Positions 52,001-61,230 of a stretch of DNA of 64,000 nt are shown piece after piece. The stretch lies in assembly GCA_030390025.1 (NCBI GenBank), contig JASTWF010000351.1:186001-250000 (forward strand), given 5' to 3'. A model generated the notes under the pieces. It saw only the letters and a program-made list of their open reading frames with translations. It ran no database searches and was not told the origin of the DNA. Origin of the DNA: Squalus acanthias. Its lineage: Eukaryota. Position 1 is the stretch's first letter; each line of letters opens with the position of its first letter. The position numbers and the translations under genes are program-made.

Positions 52001-55000
52001 TCGTCGTGTCCGTCCGCGCCGCCGTTAAAATCATGGGCGCGGACAAGGACGTTGGCCGGCTCGAGCTGCGTCGGCTCAAGACGTTCCACACTGGGCTGCT
52101 GAGGGAGTGGCGGTCGTCAGTGACCGCCCTCCCTCCCCTCCGTTAGGTAGAGGTTGCACTATGCTTCTGAGATGAAGATAACCATAGCCAGCCTCAACAT
52201 CAACGGCAGCAGGGAGGCGCGCCGTAGATTCAATAACTTCTCGGTCCTTCGGGACGGGAAATATGCGGTGTGCTTCCTGCAAGAAACCCACACCGTTCCG
52301 GGAGACGAGGCCACGTGGCTCCTGGAGTGGCAAGGAGGGGTCAGCATGAGTCACCTCTCCAACAATTCCTGCGGGGTGGCTGTCTTGCTGGCCCCGCATT
52401 TTCAGCCGGAGATCTTGAGGGTCAAGGAGCACGTGCCGGGCCGCTTGCTCCAGGTCACTGTTCGCCTGGGAGGCGTGCCGCTCCATTTAGTGAACGTGTA
52501 CGCCCCCCGGACCGGTGCGCAGCAAGTGCGCTTCTTCGGAGAAGTGTCCGCTCTTCTGGGCTCCATCGACGTGGGCGAGTGCGTCATCCTCGGGGGGGAT
52601 TTCAATTGTACCCTCGAGGCGCGGGACCGGTCGGGTCCCCCGCGAAGCCCGGCGGCGATGGAGAAGTTGCGGGACCTGGTCGGGTCCTTCGACTTGGTGG
52701 ACGTCTGGCGAAATCTCCATCCCGACTCCAGCGCCTTCACGAGCGTGAGGTCTGGAGGAGGAAGGTCCAGAATCGACCGCCTTTACATTTCCCGGGCGTA
52801 CGTCTCCTGCGTTCCGGCGGCTTCCATGCGGCCGGTGCCGTGCACGGACCACCACCTGGTGTGGGCGGAGCTCGCTCCGCTGCGCGCGCGGGGGGGGTCC
52901 GCGTACTGGCATTTTAACAACCTGCTGCTGGAGGACGCGCGGTTCCGGGATTCGTTTCGCCGGTTCTGGGCCGACTGGAGAAGGAAGCGGGGAGGCTTCC
53001 CCTCCTTGAGGCTATGGTGGGACGTGGGCAAGGCTCACGTCCGCGTCTTCTGTCAGGAGTACGAGAAGGGGTCGACCAAGAGGCGGGAGGCCCGGGTCGG
53101 GCGATTGGAGAAAGAAGTGCTCGACCTGGAGTCCCGTCTCGGTCAAGTCGTCGAGGACCCGGCCCTGCGGAAGGTGTACGAAGAGAAGAAGGGCGCGCTG
53201 AAGGACCTGCAGCTGGTCGGGTCCCGAGGCGCGTACGTGAGGTCGCGGATCCAGTTCCTGCGGGACCTGGACCGCGGCTCCCCCTTCTTCTTCTCGCTGG
53301 AAAAAAGACGGGTAGTCCGTAAGCAGCTCTTGGGGCTGCTGGCCGACGACGGATCTCTGGTCTCGGATCCGGAGGGCATCAGCGCGGAGGCCCGGGCCTA
53401 TTACGGGGCTCTGTTCTCTTCGGATCCGTCCAGCGAGGATGCGCGCAGAGTTTTGTGGGAGGACCTGCCGAAGGTCGGCCCGGAGGGCGCCGAGAATTTA
53501 GAAGCTCCGCTAAGCCTGGCGGAGCTGACCGGCGCCCTGCGCCAGCTCTCGAGGGGCAAGTCCCCGGGGCTGGACGGGCTGACCGTGGAGTTCCACAGGG
53601 CGTTCTGGGACGTCTTGGGGGACGACTACGCGTGGGTCCTGGGGGAAAGTCTGGCGACCGGGGAGATGCCCCTCTCTTGGCGCAGGGCGGTCATCGTCCT
53701 GCTGCCCAAGAAGGGCGATCTCCGCCTACTTAAGAACTGGCGCCCGGTCTCCCTCCTCAGCACGGACTACAAAATTTTCGCCAGGGCTATGTCTGCTCGC
53801 CTGGGCACCGTGCTGGCCCGCATGATCCACCTCGACCAGTCCTACACGGTCCCGGGCCGGAGCATCCACGATAACATCCATCTGGTCCGGGACCTGGTCC
53901 ACCATTCCCAGAGGGCTGGTCTGTCGGTCGCCTTCCTTTCCCTGGATCAGGAGAAGGCGTTCGACAGGGTGGATCACGAGTATCTTTTCGGGACTCTGCG
54001 CGCATTCGGGTTCGGGACGCATTTCGTCGCCCGGATCCGACTTCTGTACGCCGGCGCGGAGTGTCTGATTAAAGTTAACGGGTCTTTGACGGCGCCCCTT
54101 CGCTTCGGCAGGGGGGTGCGTCAGGGATGCCCCATGTCCGGTCAGTTATACGCCGTTTGCGTGGAGCCTTTCCTGCGCCTCTTGCGGAAGAGGTTGACGG
54201 GACTGGCTCTGCAAGGGCCGGGCGTGGAGGTGGTCCTCTCGGCTTACGCCGATGACGTGCTCCTCGCGGTCACGGATCCCGTCGACTTGCGGAGGATGCG
54301 AGAATGCCAGCAGATTTACTCGGACGCATCCTCCGCCAAGATCAACTGGGAGAAATGTTCTGGACTCCTGGTGGGCCCATGGCGGGTGGACTCCCTGCCG
54401 GAGGAGTTCGGGCCTTTCGCCTGGAGCACCACGCACCTCCTCTACCTGGGAGTCTACCTCAGCCCGGCCGAGGACGCCTGGCCGGCGAACTGGCAAGAGC
54501 TGGAGGCCAAAGTCACCGCTCGCCTAGGACGCTGGACAGGACTGCTCCGAGTGTTGTCCTACAGGGGTCGAGCGCTGGTCATAAACCAGCTGGTGGCCGC
54601 CATGTTGTGGTACCGGTTGGTCACTTTGATCCCTCCCCCTGCGTTTGTCGCCAAGATGCAGAAGAAGCTCGTCGACTTCTTCTGGGACAAAAGGAAGCAC
54701 TGGGTCTCTGCCGCGGTTTTGAGTCTCCCGCTTCGGGAGGGCCGTCAGGCGCTGGTGTGCCTTCGCACCCAGGCGGCGACTTTCCGTCTTCAGACGCTGC
54801 AGAGATACCTGTACGTGGAGAATACTCCTAGGTGGCGTGCGCTGGCGACGTATTTCTTCCGCCAGCTGCACGGCCTCAATTACGACACGCAGCTCCTGTT
54901 TGTGAGAGTGGGTGGCACGCGTGCCAGCCTGCGGGAGCTGCCTGTCTTCTACCAGGAACTGCTATGGGTTTGGAACAGCGTCGCCTCCGAGCGCAGTTCT

Positions 55001-55804
55001 CCCCCGTCAGGAGCGGCGGCCGTCCTTCGGGAGCTGCTGTTCAGGAATCCGCACCTCCACGACCGCGGGTTCGGCTGGCTGGCGGAGGGCAGGGCTGTGA
55101 CCGGTAAGGTGACCAGAGTCGGGGACCTGCTCGATGGCGGAGGAGCGGGCTGGATGGCGCCGGAGGAGTTGGCGAGGCGCATGTCCTGGGTCAACGTCCG
55201 GCTCGCGGTCAAAGCCATCGAGTCGCTAAAAGTGGCACTGGGCCCCATCTCCACTAGGTGTGTCGAGGAGGCTCAAGCACGTGGGGCGATCCCGTCCGAA
55301 CTGACCCCCGTTCGGACGGAATTCCTTATCGGCGCCCGGCCCCGAATCCTCCCTAGGGAGCCGCCGCCTCACCACTTGAGCCTTCTCGGAGAAATGCCCT
55401 CCGTGCCCTTTCAATCCGCACGGAGGCGTTTCCTGTACGGGCTGCTCCTGCACACTCTCCACTTTGCCATCTTCGTCTGCCGTCCGGACACACCTTGGCG
55501 TACCATCCTGCCCTCCGGCGGAGGCGAAGGTCCCCATTGGAAGGCTCTCTACGCGGGAGTCTTCCCTTGTTCTATTGGGGACTTGGCCTGGAGGGTGTTG
55601 CACGGAGCAGTCCCGTGCAATAGGATTTTAAGTAGGTTTACGGACTCCCAGGCTGCTTGTCATTTCTGCGGCCTAGAGGAGTCCGTCTATCACATTTATA
55701 TTGAGTGTGAGAGGTTGCAGCCCCTCTTTCATTATTTGAAGGGGCTGCTCCTCAATTTCTGGTTGCACTTCAGCCCCACGCTCCTGATCTACGGTCACCC
55801 GGTG
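49010..55804 (+). mobile_element. Tx1-clade (L1 group) non-LTR retrotransposon, long 5'UTR, 3'-truncated
   Basis: ~1-kb 5'UTR, ORF1 with CCHC knuckle, ORF2 APE+RT+Zn finger; markedly GC/CpG-rich relative to flanks; no 3'UTR or poly(A). Confidence 0.92.
49989..52146 (+). CDS. Tx1 ORF1 (nucleic-acid-binding, Zn knuckle); one frameshift in the G10 run at 51620-51629
   Basis: IVAASKMYGKAVFFL, IVVSNVPPFV, CYACKEVGHVRKNC; removing one G joins the 49959-51794 and 51571-52146 ORFs (~718 aa). Confidence 0.8.
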
Positions 55805-55870
55805 CCAGGTTATAGTCCAACAGTTTTATTTGAAATCACGAGCTTTCGGAGCGCTGCTCAGGTAAAGTGA
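52172..55870 (+). CDS. Tx1 ORF2 (APE endonuclease + reverse transcriptase + C-terminal Zn finger); last ~21 codons derive from antisense PLE sequence
   Basis: ASLNING, FLQETH, GGDFN, SRIDR, TDH; KSPGLDG, WRPVSLL, LDQEKAFD, GVRQGCPMS, YADD, YLG; CHFC..ESVYHIYIEC; open throughout. Confidence 0.93.
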   Translation: MKITIASLNINGSREARRRFNNFSVLRDGKYAVCFLQETHTVPGDEATWLLEWQGGVSMSHLSNNSCGVAVLLAPHFQPEILRVKEHVPGRLLQVTVRLGGVPLHLVNVYAPRTGAQQVRFFGEVSALLGSIDVGECVILGGDFNCTLEARDRSGPPRSPAAMEKLRDLVGSFDLVDVWRNLHPDSSAFTSVRSGGGRSRIDRLYISRAYVSCVPAASMRPVPCTDHHLVWAELAPLRARGGSAYWHFNNLLLEDARFRDSFRRFWADWRRKRGGFPSLRLWWDVGKAHVRVFCQEYEKGSTKRREARVGRLEKEVLDLESRLGQVVEDPALRKVYEEKKGALKDLQLVGSRGAYVRSRIQFLRDLDRGSPFFFSLEKRRVVRKQLLGLLADDGSLVSDPEGISAEARAYYGALFSSDPSSEDARRVLWEDLPKVGPEGAENLEAPLSLAELTGALRQLSRGKSPGLDGLTVEFHRAFWDVLGDDYAWVLGESLATGEMPLSWRRAVIVLLPKKGDLRLLKNWRPVSLLSTDYKIFARAMSARLGTVLARMIHLDQSYTVPGRSIHDNIHLVRDLVHHSQRAGLSVAFLSLDQEKAFDRVDHEYLFGTLRAFGFGTHFVARIRLLYAGAECLIKVNGSLTAPLRFGRGVRQGCPMSGQLYAVCVEPFLRLLRKRLTGLALQGPGVEVVLSAYADDVLLAVTDPVDLRRMRECQQIYSDASSAKINWEKCSGLLVGPWRVDSLPEEFGPFAWSTTHLLYLGVYLSPAEDAWPANWQELEAKVTARLGRWTGLLRVLSYRGRALVINQLVAAMLWYRLVTLIPPPAFVAKMQKKLVDFFWDKRKHWVSAAVLSLPLREGRQALVCLRTQAATFRLQTLQRYLYVENTPRWRALATYFFRQLHGLNYDTQLLFVRVGGTRASLRELPVFYQELLWVWNSVASERSSPPSGAAAVLRELLFRNPHLHDRGFGWLAEGRAVTGKVTRVGDLLDGGGAGWMAPEELARRMSWVNVRLAVKAIESLKVALGPISTRCVEEAQARGAIPSELTPVRTEFLIGARPRILPREPPPHHLSLLGEMPSVPFQSARRRFLYGLLLHTLHFAIFVCRPDTPWRTILPSGGGEGPHWKALYAGVFPCSIGDLAWRVLHGAVPCNRILSRFTDSQAACHFCGLEESVYHIYIECERLQPLFHYLKGLLLNFWLHFSPTLLIYGHPVPGYSPTVLFEITSFRSAAQVK

Positions 55871-57107
55871 AGGAATACAAATCAGCAAAGCATATATAGA
55901 CAGAGAACAATGTGTAGTGTACAATGTCAGATGACTACAGTAAATCTTTCTGACTGCCCTCCATCACACCTCGGCAGAGATACAATCAGGCCAGTCAGGA
56001 AGGCATTACATCAAAGACACAGCAAAATACAGCTAAAACAATGAGTTGGGGTCACAGGGGGTCCAACGTGTCAAATGCTGTAGTCTGTATGGTTAAGCTT
56101 TTTACTTTTTTTTAAAACTGGAAATCACATCTGTGAACAAGCCAACGACGACTCGAGTCTGGATGACTCTACATCATGTAGCGTGACATGAAACCAAGAT
56201 CCCGGTTAAGGCCGTCCTCATGGGTGCGGAGCTTGGCTATCAGCTTCTGCTCGATGATTTTGCGTTGCCGTGTGTCTCGAAGTCCGCCTTGGAAAACGCT
56301 TACCCGCAGATGCGAGGCTGAATGTCCTTGACTGCTGAAGTGTTCCCCGAATGGGAGGTAACAATCCTGCCTGGCGATTGTTACGCAGTGTCCGTTCATA
56401 TGTTGTCGCAGTGTCTGCATGGTCTCGCCGATGTACCATGCTGCGGTGCATCCTTTCCTGCAACGTATGAGGTAGACAACGTTGGCCGAGTCACATGAGT
56501 ATGTACCATGTACCTGGTGGGTAGTGTCCTCACGTGTGATGATGGTATCTGTGTTGATGATCTGGCATGTCTTGCAGAGGTTGCCGTGGCAGGGTTGTGT
56601 GGTGTCGTGGTTGCTGTTCTCCTGAAAGCTGGGTAATTTGCTGCGAACGATGGTACTTTTGAGGTTAGGTGGTTGCTTGAAGGCGAGTAGTGGAGGCGTG
56701 GGGATGGCCTTAGTGAGGTGTTCGTCCTCATCGATGACATGTTGAAGGCTGAGAAGAACATGGCGTAGTTTCTCTGCTCTGGGGAAGTACTGGATGACGT
56801 AGGGTACTCTGTTGGTTGTGTCCCGTGTTCGCCTTCTGAGGAGTGTAGCGTGACATGAAACCAAGATCCCGGTTGAGGCCGTCCTCATGTGTGCGGTACT
56901 TGGCTATCAGTTTCTGCTCGATGATCTTGCGTTGTCGTAGAGTCATCCAGACTCGAGTCGTCGTTGGCTTGTTCACAGATGTGATTTCCAGTTTTAAAAA
57001 AAAGTAAAAAGCTTAACAACTGTAGTCGTCTGACATTGTACACCACACATTGTTCTATGTCTAATAAAACTGTTGGACTATAACCTGGTGTTGTGCGACT
57101 TCTCATT
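55805..57107 (-). mobile_element. Rearranged PLE (type A): minus-strand GIY-YIG half + UTR (55805-56843), repeated minus-strand C-terminal fragment (56844-~56937), internally deleted plus-strand UTR/terminus (~56936-57107)
   Basis: 239-aa ORF 56169-56888 with PCHGNLCKTC and VYLIRC..YIGET; hammerhead at ~55836-55865 lacks 7 nt (CGAAGGA). Confidence 0.88.
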
Positions 57108-57258
57108 TCTGTTACTGTATGTTAGTGTCGGATTCGTTCTGAATCAGTCCGTCTGTCGTGCTATCTTTCAGCGAAGAAATCTGCATGAATCTGCTACTCA
57201 CATGGTTTATGAAAGTGGGATTCGTACTGCATCTATCAGTCTCTGGTACTTGATGTTA

Positions 57259-58256
57259 ATTTGACCGGCCTTTCCAGGTGTTTTTTTTTTTTTGTTTTTT
57301 TTTTTTGTTTTTTTTTTAAAAAAGGCTAACACAAGAACACAATTTACATTAATGACCTGGATCAGGGAGTCGGATGCAGCATTTCCAAATTTGCAGACGA
57401 CACTAAACTAGGAGGGGGGGTGGGCTCAGAGGAGGAGACCAGGAAGCTCCAGAGCGATTTGGACAGACTGGGTGATTGGGCGGATAAATGGCAGATGCAC
57501 TATAATGTGGACAAGTGCGAAGTTATCCACCTTGGGTGCAGGAACGGGAGGGCAAATTATTATTTAAATGGCAATAAATTGGGAGAGGGGGAAGTACAGA
57601 GAGACCTGGGTGTTCTTGTACACCAGTCACTGAAGGCGAGCATGCAGGTGCAACAGGCGATCAAGAAGGCAAACGGTATGCTGGCCTTCATAGCAAAAGG
57701 GTTGGAATACAGGAACAGGGATACCTTGCTGCAGCTGTACAGGGCACTGGTGAGACCACACCTCGAGTACTGTGTACAGTTTTGGTCGCCTCATCTGAGG
57801 AAAGATGTTCTTGCCATGGAGGGGGTGCAGCGGCGATTCACCAGGCTGATACCAGGAATGGCGGGATTGACCTATGAGGAGAGACTATGTAGTTTAGGGA
57901 TGTACACACTGGAGTTTAGAAGATTGAGAGGGGACCTCATAGAAGTGTATAAAATTCTGACAGGTCAACACAAATTGACAGGATATGCAGCCAGCAGGTG
58001 GTTTGACACGTTGGACCCCCTGGGACACATCTCATTGTCTTGGCTGTGCTCTTTGTTGTAGCGAATAATGTGAATAGATTTTGTCTGGGTTTAAATTGTG
58101 AATTCTGGGAGATTCTCTCATTGCTAACTTACCTGACGAAGGAGCGACAGCTCCGAAAGCTTGTAAAATTAAATAAATCTGTTGGACTATAACCTGGTGT
58201 TGTGCGACTTCTCATTTTTGTCCACCCCAGTCCAATGCTGGCATCTCCACATCATG
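57259..58256 (+). mobile_element. PLE type B 3'UTR/pLTR containing an internal CR1 fragment (57338-57966)
   Basis: Flanks align to 11390-11687 plus the tail; the insert is nearly identical to the reverse complement of 28024-28653. Confidence 0.88.
58129..58166 (+). ncRNA. Minimal hammerhead ribozyme motif (type B), best-formed copy
   Basis: TTAC-CTGACGA-A-GGAGC-GACA-GCTCC-GAAA-GCTT-GTAA; 5-bp Watson-Crick stem II. Confidence 0.82.
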
Positions 58257-59630
58257 TGTTAGAGTAATTATATATCCGTCAATCTCTGGTACTGTATGTG
58301 AGGTTCATTCTGCACCAATCAGTCTTTAATGTGGGGTTAACAGTATCTCTATCATTTGCAGGTACTTTGTACGAGTGTGTATTAATTCTGGATCTGTCAC
58401 CGTTTGATACTCTGTGTCAGTATGAGATTCATTCGCTTTCTCTGCCAATCTGTGATACTGGATGTGAGATTGCGATTTATTTTATATCTGTCAGTTCCTG
58501 GTAATGGCATGTGAGTTTTTGGATTTATTCTGTACCTGTCAGTCACTCATACTGTATGTGAGAGTTAGATTAATTCTGTCTCTGCAACTATCTGGTACTG
58601 TATCAGAGTGTGAGATTCATTCTGTGTATCTGTCAGTCTCTGATCATGTATGTGTGAGTCAGTTTAATTCTGTCTGTCACTATCTGGTACTGTATGTGAG
58701 TGTGAGATTCATTCTGTGTATATATCAGTCTCTCATACCGTATGTGAGTGTGAGTTCTGTACCTGTTCGTCTCTGATAATCTGTGTCAGTATGGATTGAT
58801 TCTGTATTAGTCAGTCTCTGATACTCTACGTGACAGTGAGGTACATTCTGTATCTGTCAGTCTCTGGTATTATGTTTGAAAGTGAGATTCATGCTTTATC
58901 AGCCAGTCCTTAATACTCTGTGTCAGATTGGGATTCATTTTGTCTCAATCATTTTCTGGTGCTGTATATGAGTGTGGGATTCATTCTGTACCTGTCTGTC
59001 TCTGATTCTCTGAGTTAGTGCGAGATTCAATCTATCTTTGTCAGTCTATGTTTCTGTATGTGACAGTTAGAGTAATTCAGTATCTGTCAGTCTCTGGTGT
59101 TGTATGAAAGTGTGGGATTCATTCTGTATGTGTCATTCTCGGTAACAGTCAGTCTTTGATAATCGGTGTCCGTGTGGGATTCATTGTTTCTCTGTCATTT
59201 TCTGGTAGTGCATGTGTGTGTGGGATTCATTCTGTGTCTGTCACCCTCCGATACTCTCTGTTAGTGTGTGATTCAACATGTACCTGTCAGTCTCTGGTAG
59301 GTGAATGTGGGTTTTAATCTGTACCTGTCAGTCTCTGATGAGAGAGTGTGGTTTTTACAGTGTAACTCTCAGATTCTGATATGTGAATTTTGGTTTTGGT
59401 TTTAACTCTACCAGTCAGATATGTGAGTGTGGGTTTTATTCTGTATCTTTCAATTTCTGTTCTGTGAGAGTGAATTATATTCTGTTTCTGTCAGTCTTTG
59501 GTTTGTGAATGTGGGTTTTAGTCTGTGTCTCTCTGTCTATGGTATTTGAATGCATTTTTTATTCTCTATCAATCAGTGTCTGAAGTGTGAGTGTGGGTTT
59601 TATGCTATAACTGGCTGTATCTAATTTGTG
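58257..59630 (+). repeat. ~46-bp then ~41-bp minisatellite array
   Basis: Collinear with 3180-3720 and 4750-5460. Confidence 0.85.
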
Positions 59631-59690
59631 ACAGCGGATGACCTGGGCGAGAAGTGAGTGGAGCAGCGAGGCTATAAAGCCTGCGGTATC

Positions 59691-59996
59691 CAGAGGCTGG
59701 TGTCGGGAGCGGAGAGAAATGAGGCCCGGTGAGTATCTAAACTCACTTTCGCGGGCTTTTGTTTGCAGAGGCTGGTGTCGGGAGCGGAGAGAGCCGAGGC
59801 CCGGTGAGTATCTAACCTCACTTTCGCGGGCTTTTGTTTGCAGAGGCTGGTGTCGGGAGCGGAGAGAGCCGAGGCCCGGTGAGTATCTAAACTCACTTTC
59901 GCGGGCTTTTGTTTGCAGAGGCTGGTGTCAGGAGCGGAGAGAGCCGATGCCCGGTGAGTATCTAAACTCACTTTCGCGGGCTTTTGTTTGCAGAGG
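59691..59996 (+). repeat. Four 75-bp tandem repeats in the CR1 5'UTR
   Basis: CAGAGG unit starts at 59691, 59766, 59841, 59916 and 59991 (partial). Confidence 0.95.
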
Positions 59997-60282
59997 TTTA
60001 CCAATCTCAGACCAGTGGCCGCGTTCCAGAGCCACGTCACGATTCAAAACGTGACGTGGGTAGGAGGGAGCGGCTGATTGGGTGAGTACGGCAGGTTAGT
60101 ATTTATACTATTTTATAGTTTGATAGTTAAGGTTCATAGTTTATAAAGTTTCAAAGATCTTAATTTTGTGATTATAATTTCAAGTGCTAGTAACCAAGGG
60201 CCCTTGAGTAATTCATTTAATTGAGTTAAATTGGTGGTATTGATTTGATTTAATTAAAGTTCAATTAATTAAAGGGTAAGTC

Positions 60283-61230
60283 ATGGCAGGACAGCCCAGC
60301 CCCGTGTTATGCTCCTCCTGCTCTATGTGGGAAATCAGGGACCCTTCCGGTGTCCCTGATGACCATGTGTGCGGGAAGTGTATCCAGCTGCAGCTACTGA
60401 CAGACCGCATTGCGGCACTGGAGCTGTGGCTGGATGCATATTGGAGCATTCGCGATGCTGAGAACCTCGTGGATAGCACGTTTAGAGAGTTGGTCACACC
60501 GCAGGTGAAGGGTGTACAGGCAGGAAGGGAATGGGTGACCACCAGGCAGAGTAAGAGGTGCAGGCAGGTAGTGCAGGGGTCCCCTGTGGCCAACCCCCTC
60601 TCAAACAGATATACCGCTTTGGATACTGTTGGGGGGGATGACTTAGGGGAAGGCAGCAGCAGCCAAATTCCTGGCACCATGGGTGGCTCTGCTGCACAGG
60701 CTGGGAGGAAAAAGAGTGGAAGAGCTATAGTGATAGGGGACTCAATTGTAAAGGGAATAGATAGGCGTTTCTGCGGCCGCAACCGAGACTCCAGGATGGT
60801 GTGTTGCCTCCCTGGTGCAAGGGTCAAGGACGTCTCGGAGCGGCTACAGAACATTTTGGAGGGGGAGGGCGAACAGCCAGCTGTCGTGGTGCACATAGGC
60901 ACCAACGATATAGGTAAAAAAGGGGATGAGGTCCTAAAAGCAGAATATAGGGAGTTAGGAGGTAAATTAAAAAATAGGTACTCAAAAGTAGTAATCTCAG
61001 GATTGCTACCAGTGCCACATGCTAGTCAGAGTAGAAATAGGAGGATATTTCAAGTGAATACGTGGCTAGAGGAATGGTGCAAGGGGGAGGGATTCAAATT
61101 CCTGGGACATTGGAACCGGTTCTGGGGGAGGTGGGACCAGTACAAACCGGACGGTCTGCACCTGGGCAGGGCCGGGACCGCTGTCCTCGGGGGAGTGTTT
61201 GCTAGTGCTGTTGGGGAGGATTTAAACTAA
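60283..61230 (+). CDS. CR1 ORF1: Zn finger, coiled coil and SGNH/GDSL esterase-like domain (315 aa)
   Basis: CSSCSMW..CGKC; IVIGDSI, LPGA, HIGTND, DGLHL motifs. Confidence 0.9.
   Translation: MAGQPSPVLCSSCSMWEIRDPSGVPDDHVCGKCIQLQLLTDRIAALELWLDAYWSIRDAENLVDSTFRELVTPQVKGVQAGREWVTTRQSKRCRQVVQGSPVANPLSNRYTALDTVGGDDLGEGSSSQIPGTMGGSAAQAGRKKSGRAIVIGDSIVKGIDRRFCGRNRDSRMVCCLPGARVKDVSERLQNILEGEGEQPAVVVHIGTNDIGKKGDEVLKAEYRELGGKLKNRYSKVVISGLLPVPHASQSRNRRIFQVNTWLEEWCKGEGFKFLGHWNRFWGRWDQYKPDGLHLGRAGTAVLGGVFASAVGEDLN

Larger units (their letters stand above)
48899..57107. mobile_element. 8.2-kb composite insertion with inverted PLE termini enclosing a Tx1 element; 13-bp TSD
   Basis: TCTGTTACTGTAT at 48886-48898 and 57108-57120; empty paralogous site at 2882-2894; left end is a PLE terminus (-) at 48899-49009 and right end a PLE terminus (+) ending at 57107. 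Confidence 0.85.

Noticed and set aside
50135..55603. Numerous overlapping and antisense ORFs within Tx1
   Set aside because: Expected from high GC content and few stop codons; no recognisable motifs.
48957..55858. ~54-bp direct repeat flanking Tx1 as its own TSD
   Set aside because: Too long and too diverged for a young element, and the Tx1 3' end is missing.
59638..60054. Repetitive 138-aa ORF
   Set aside because: A by-product of a 75-bp (multiple of 3) UTR repeat; no evidence of coding function.
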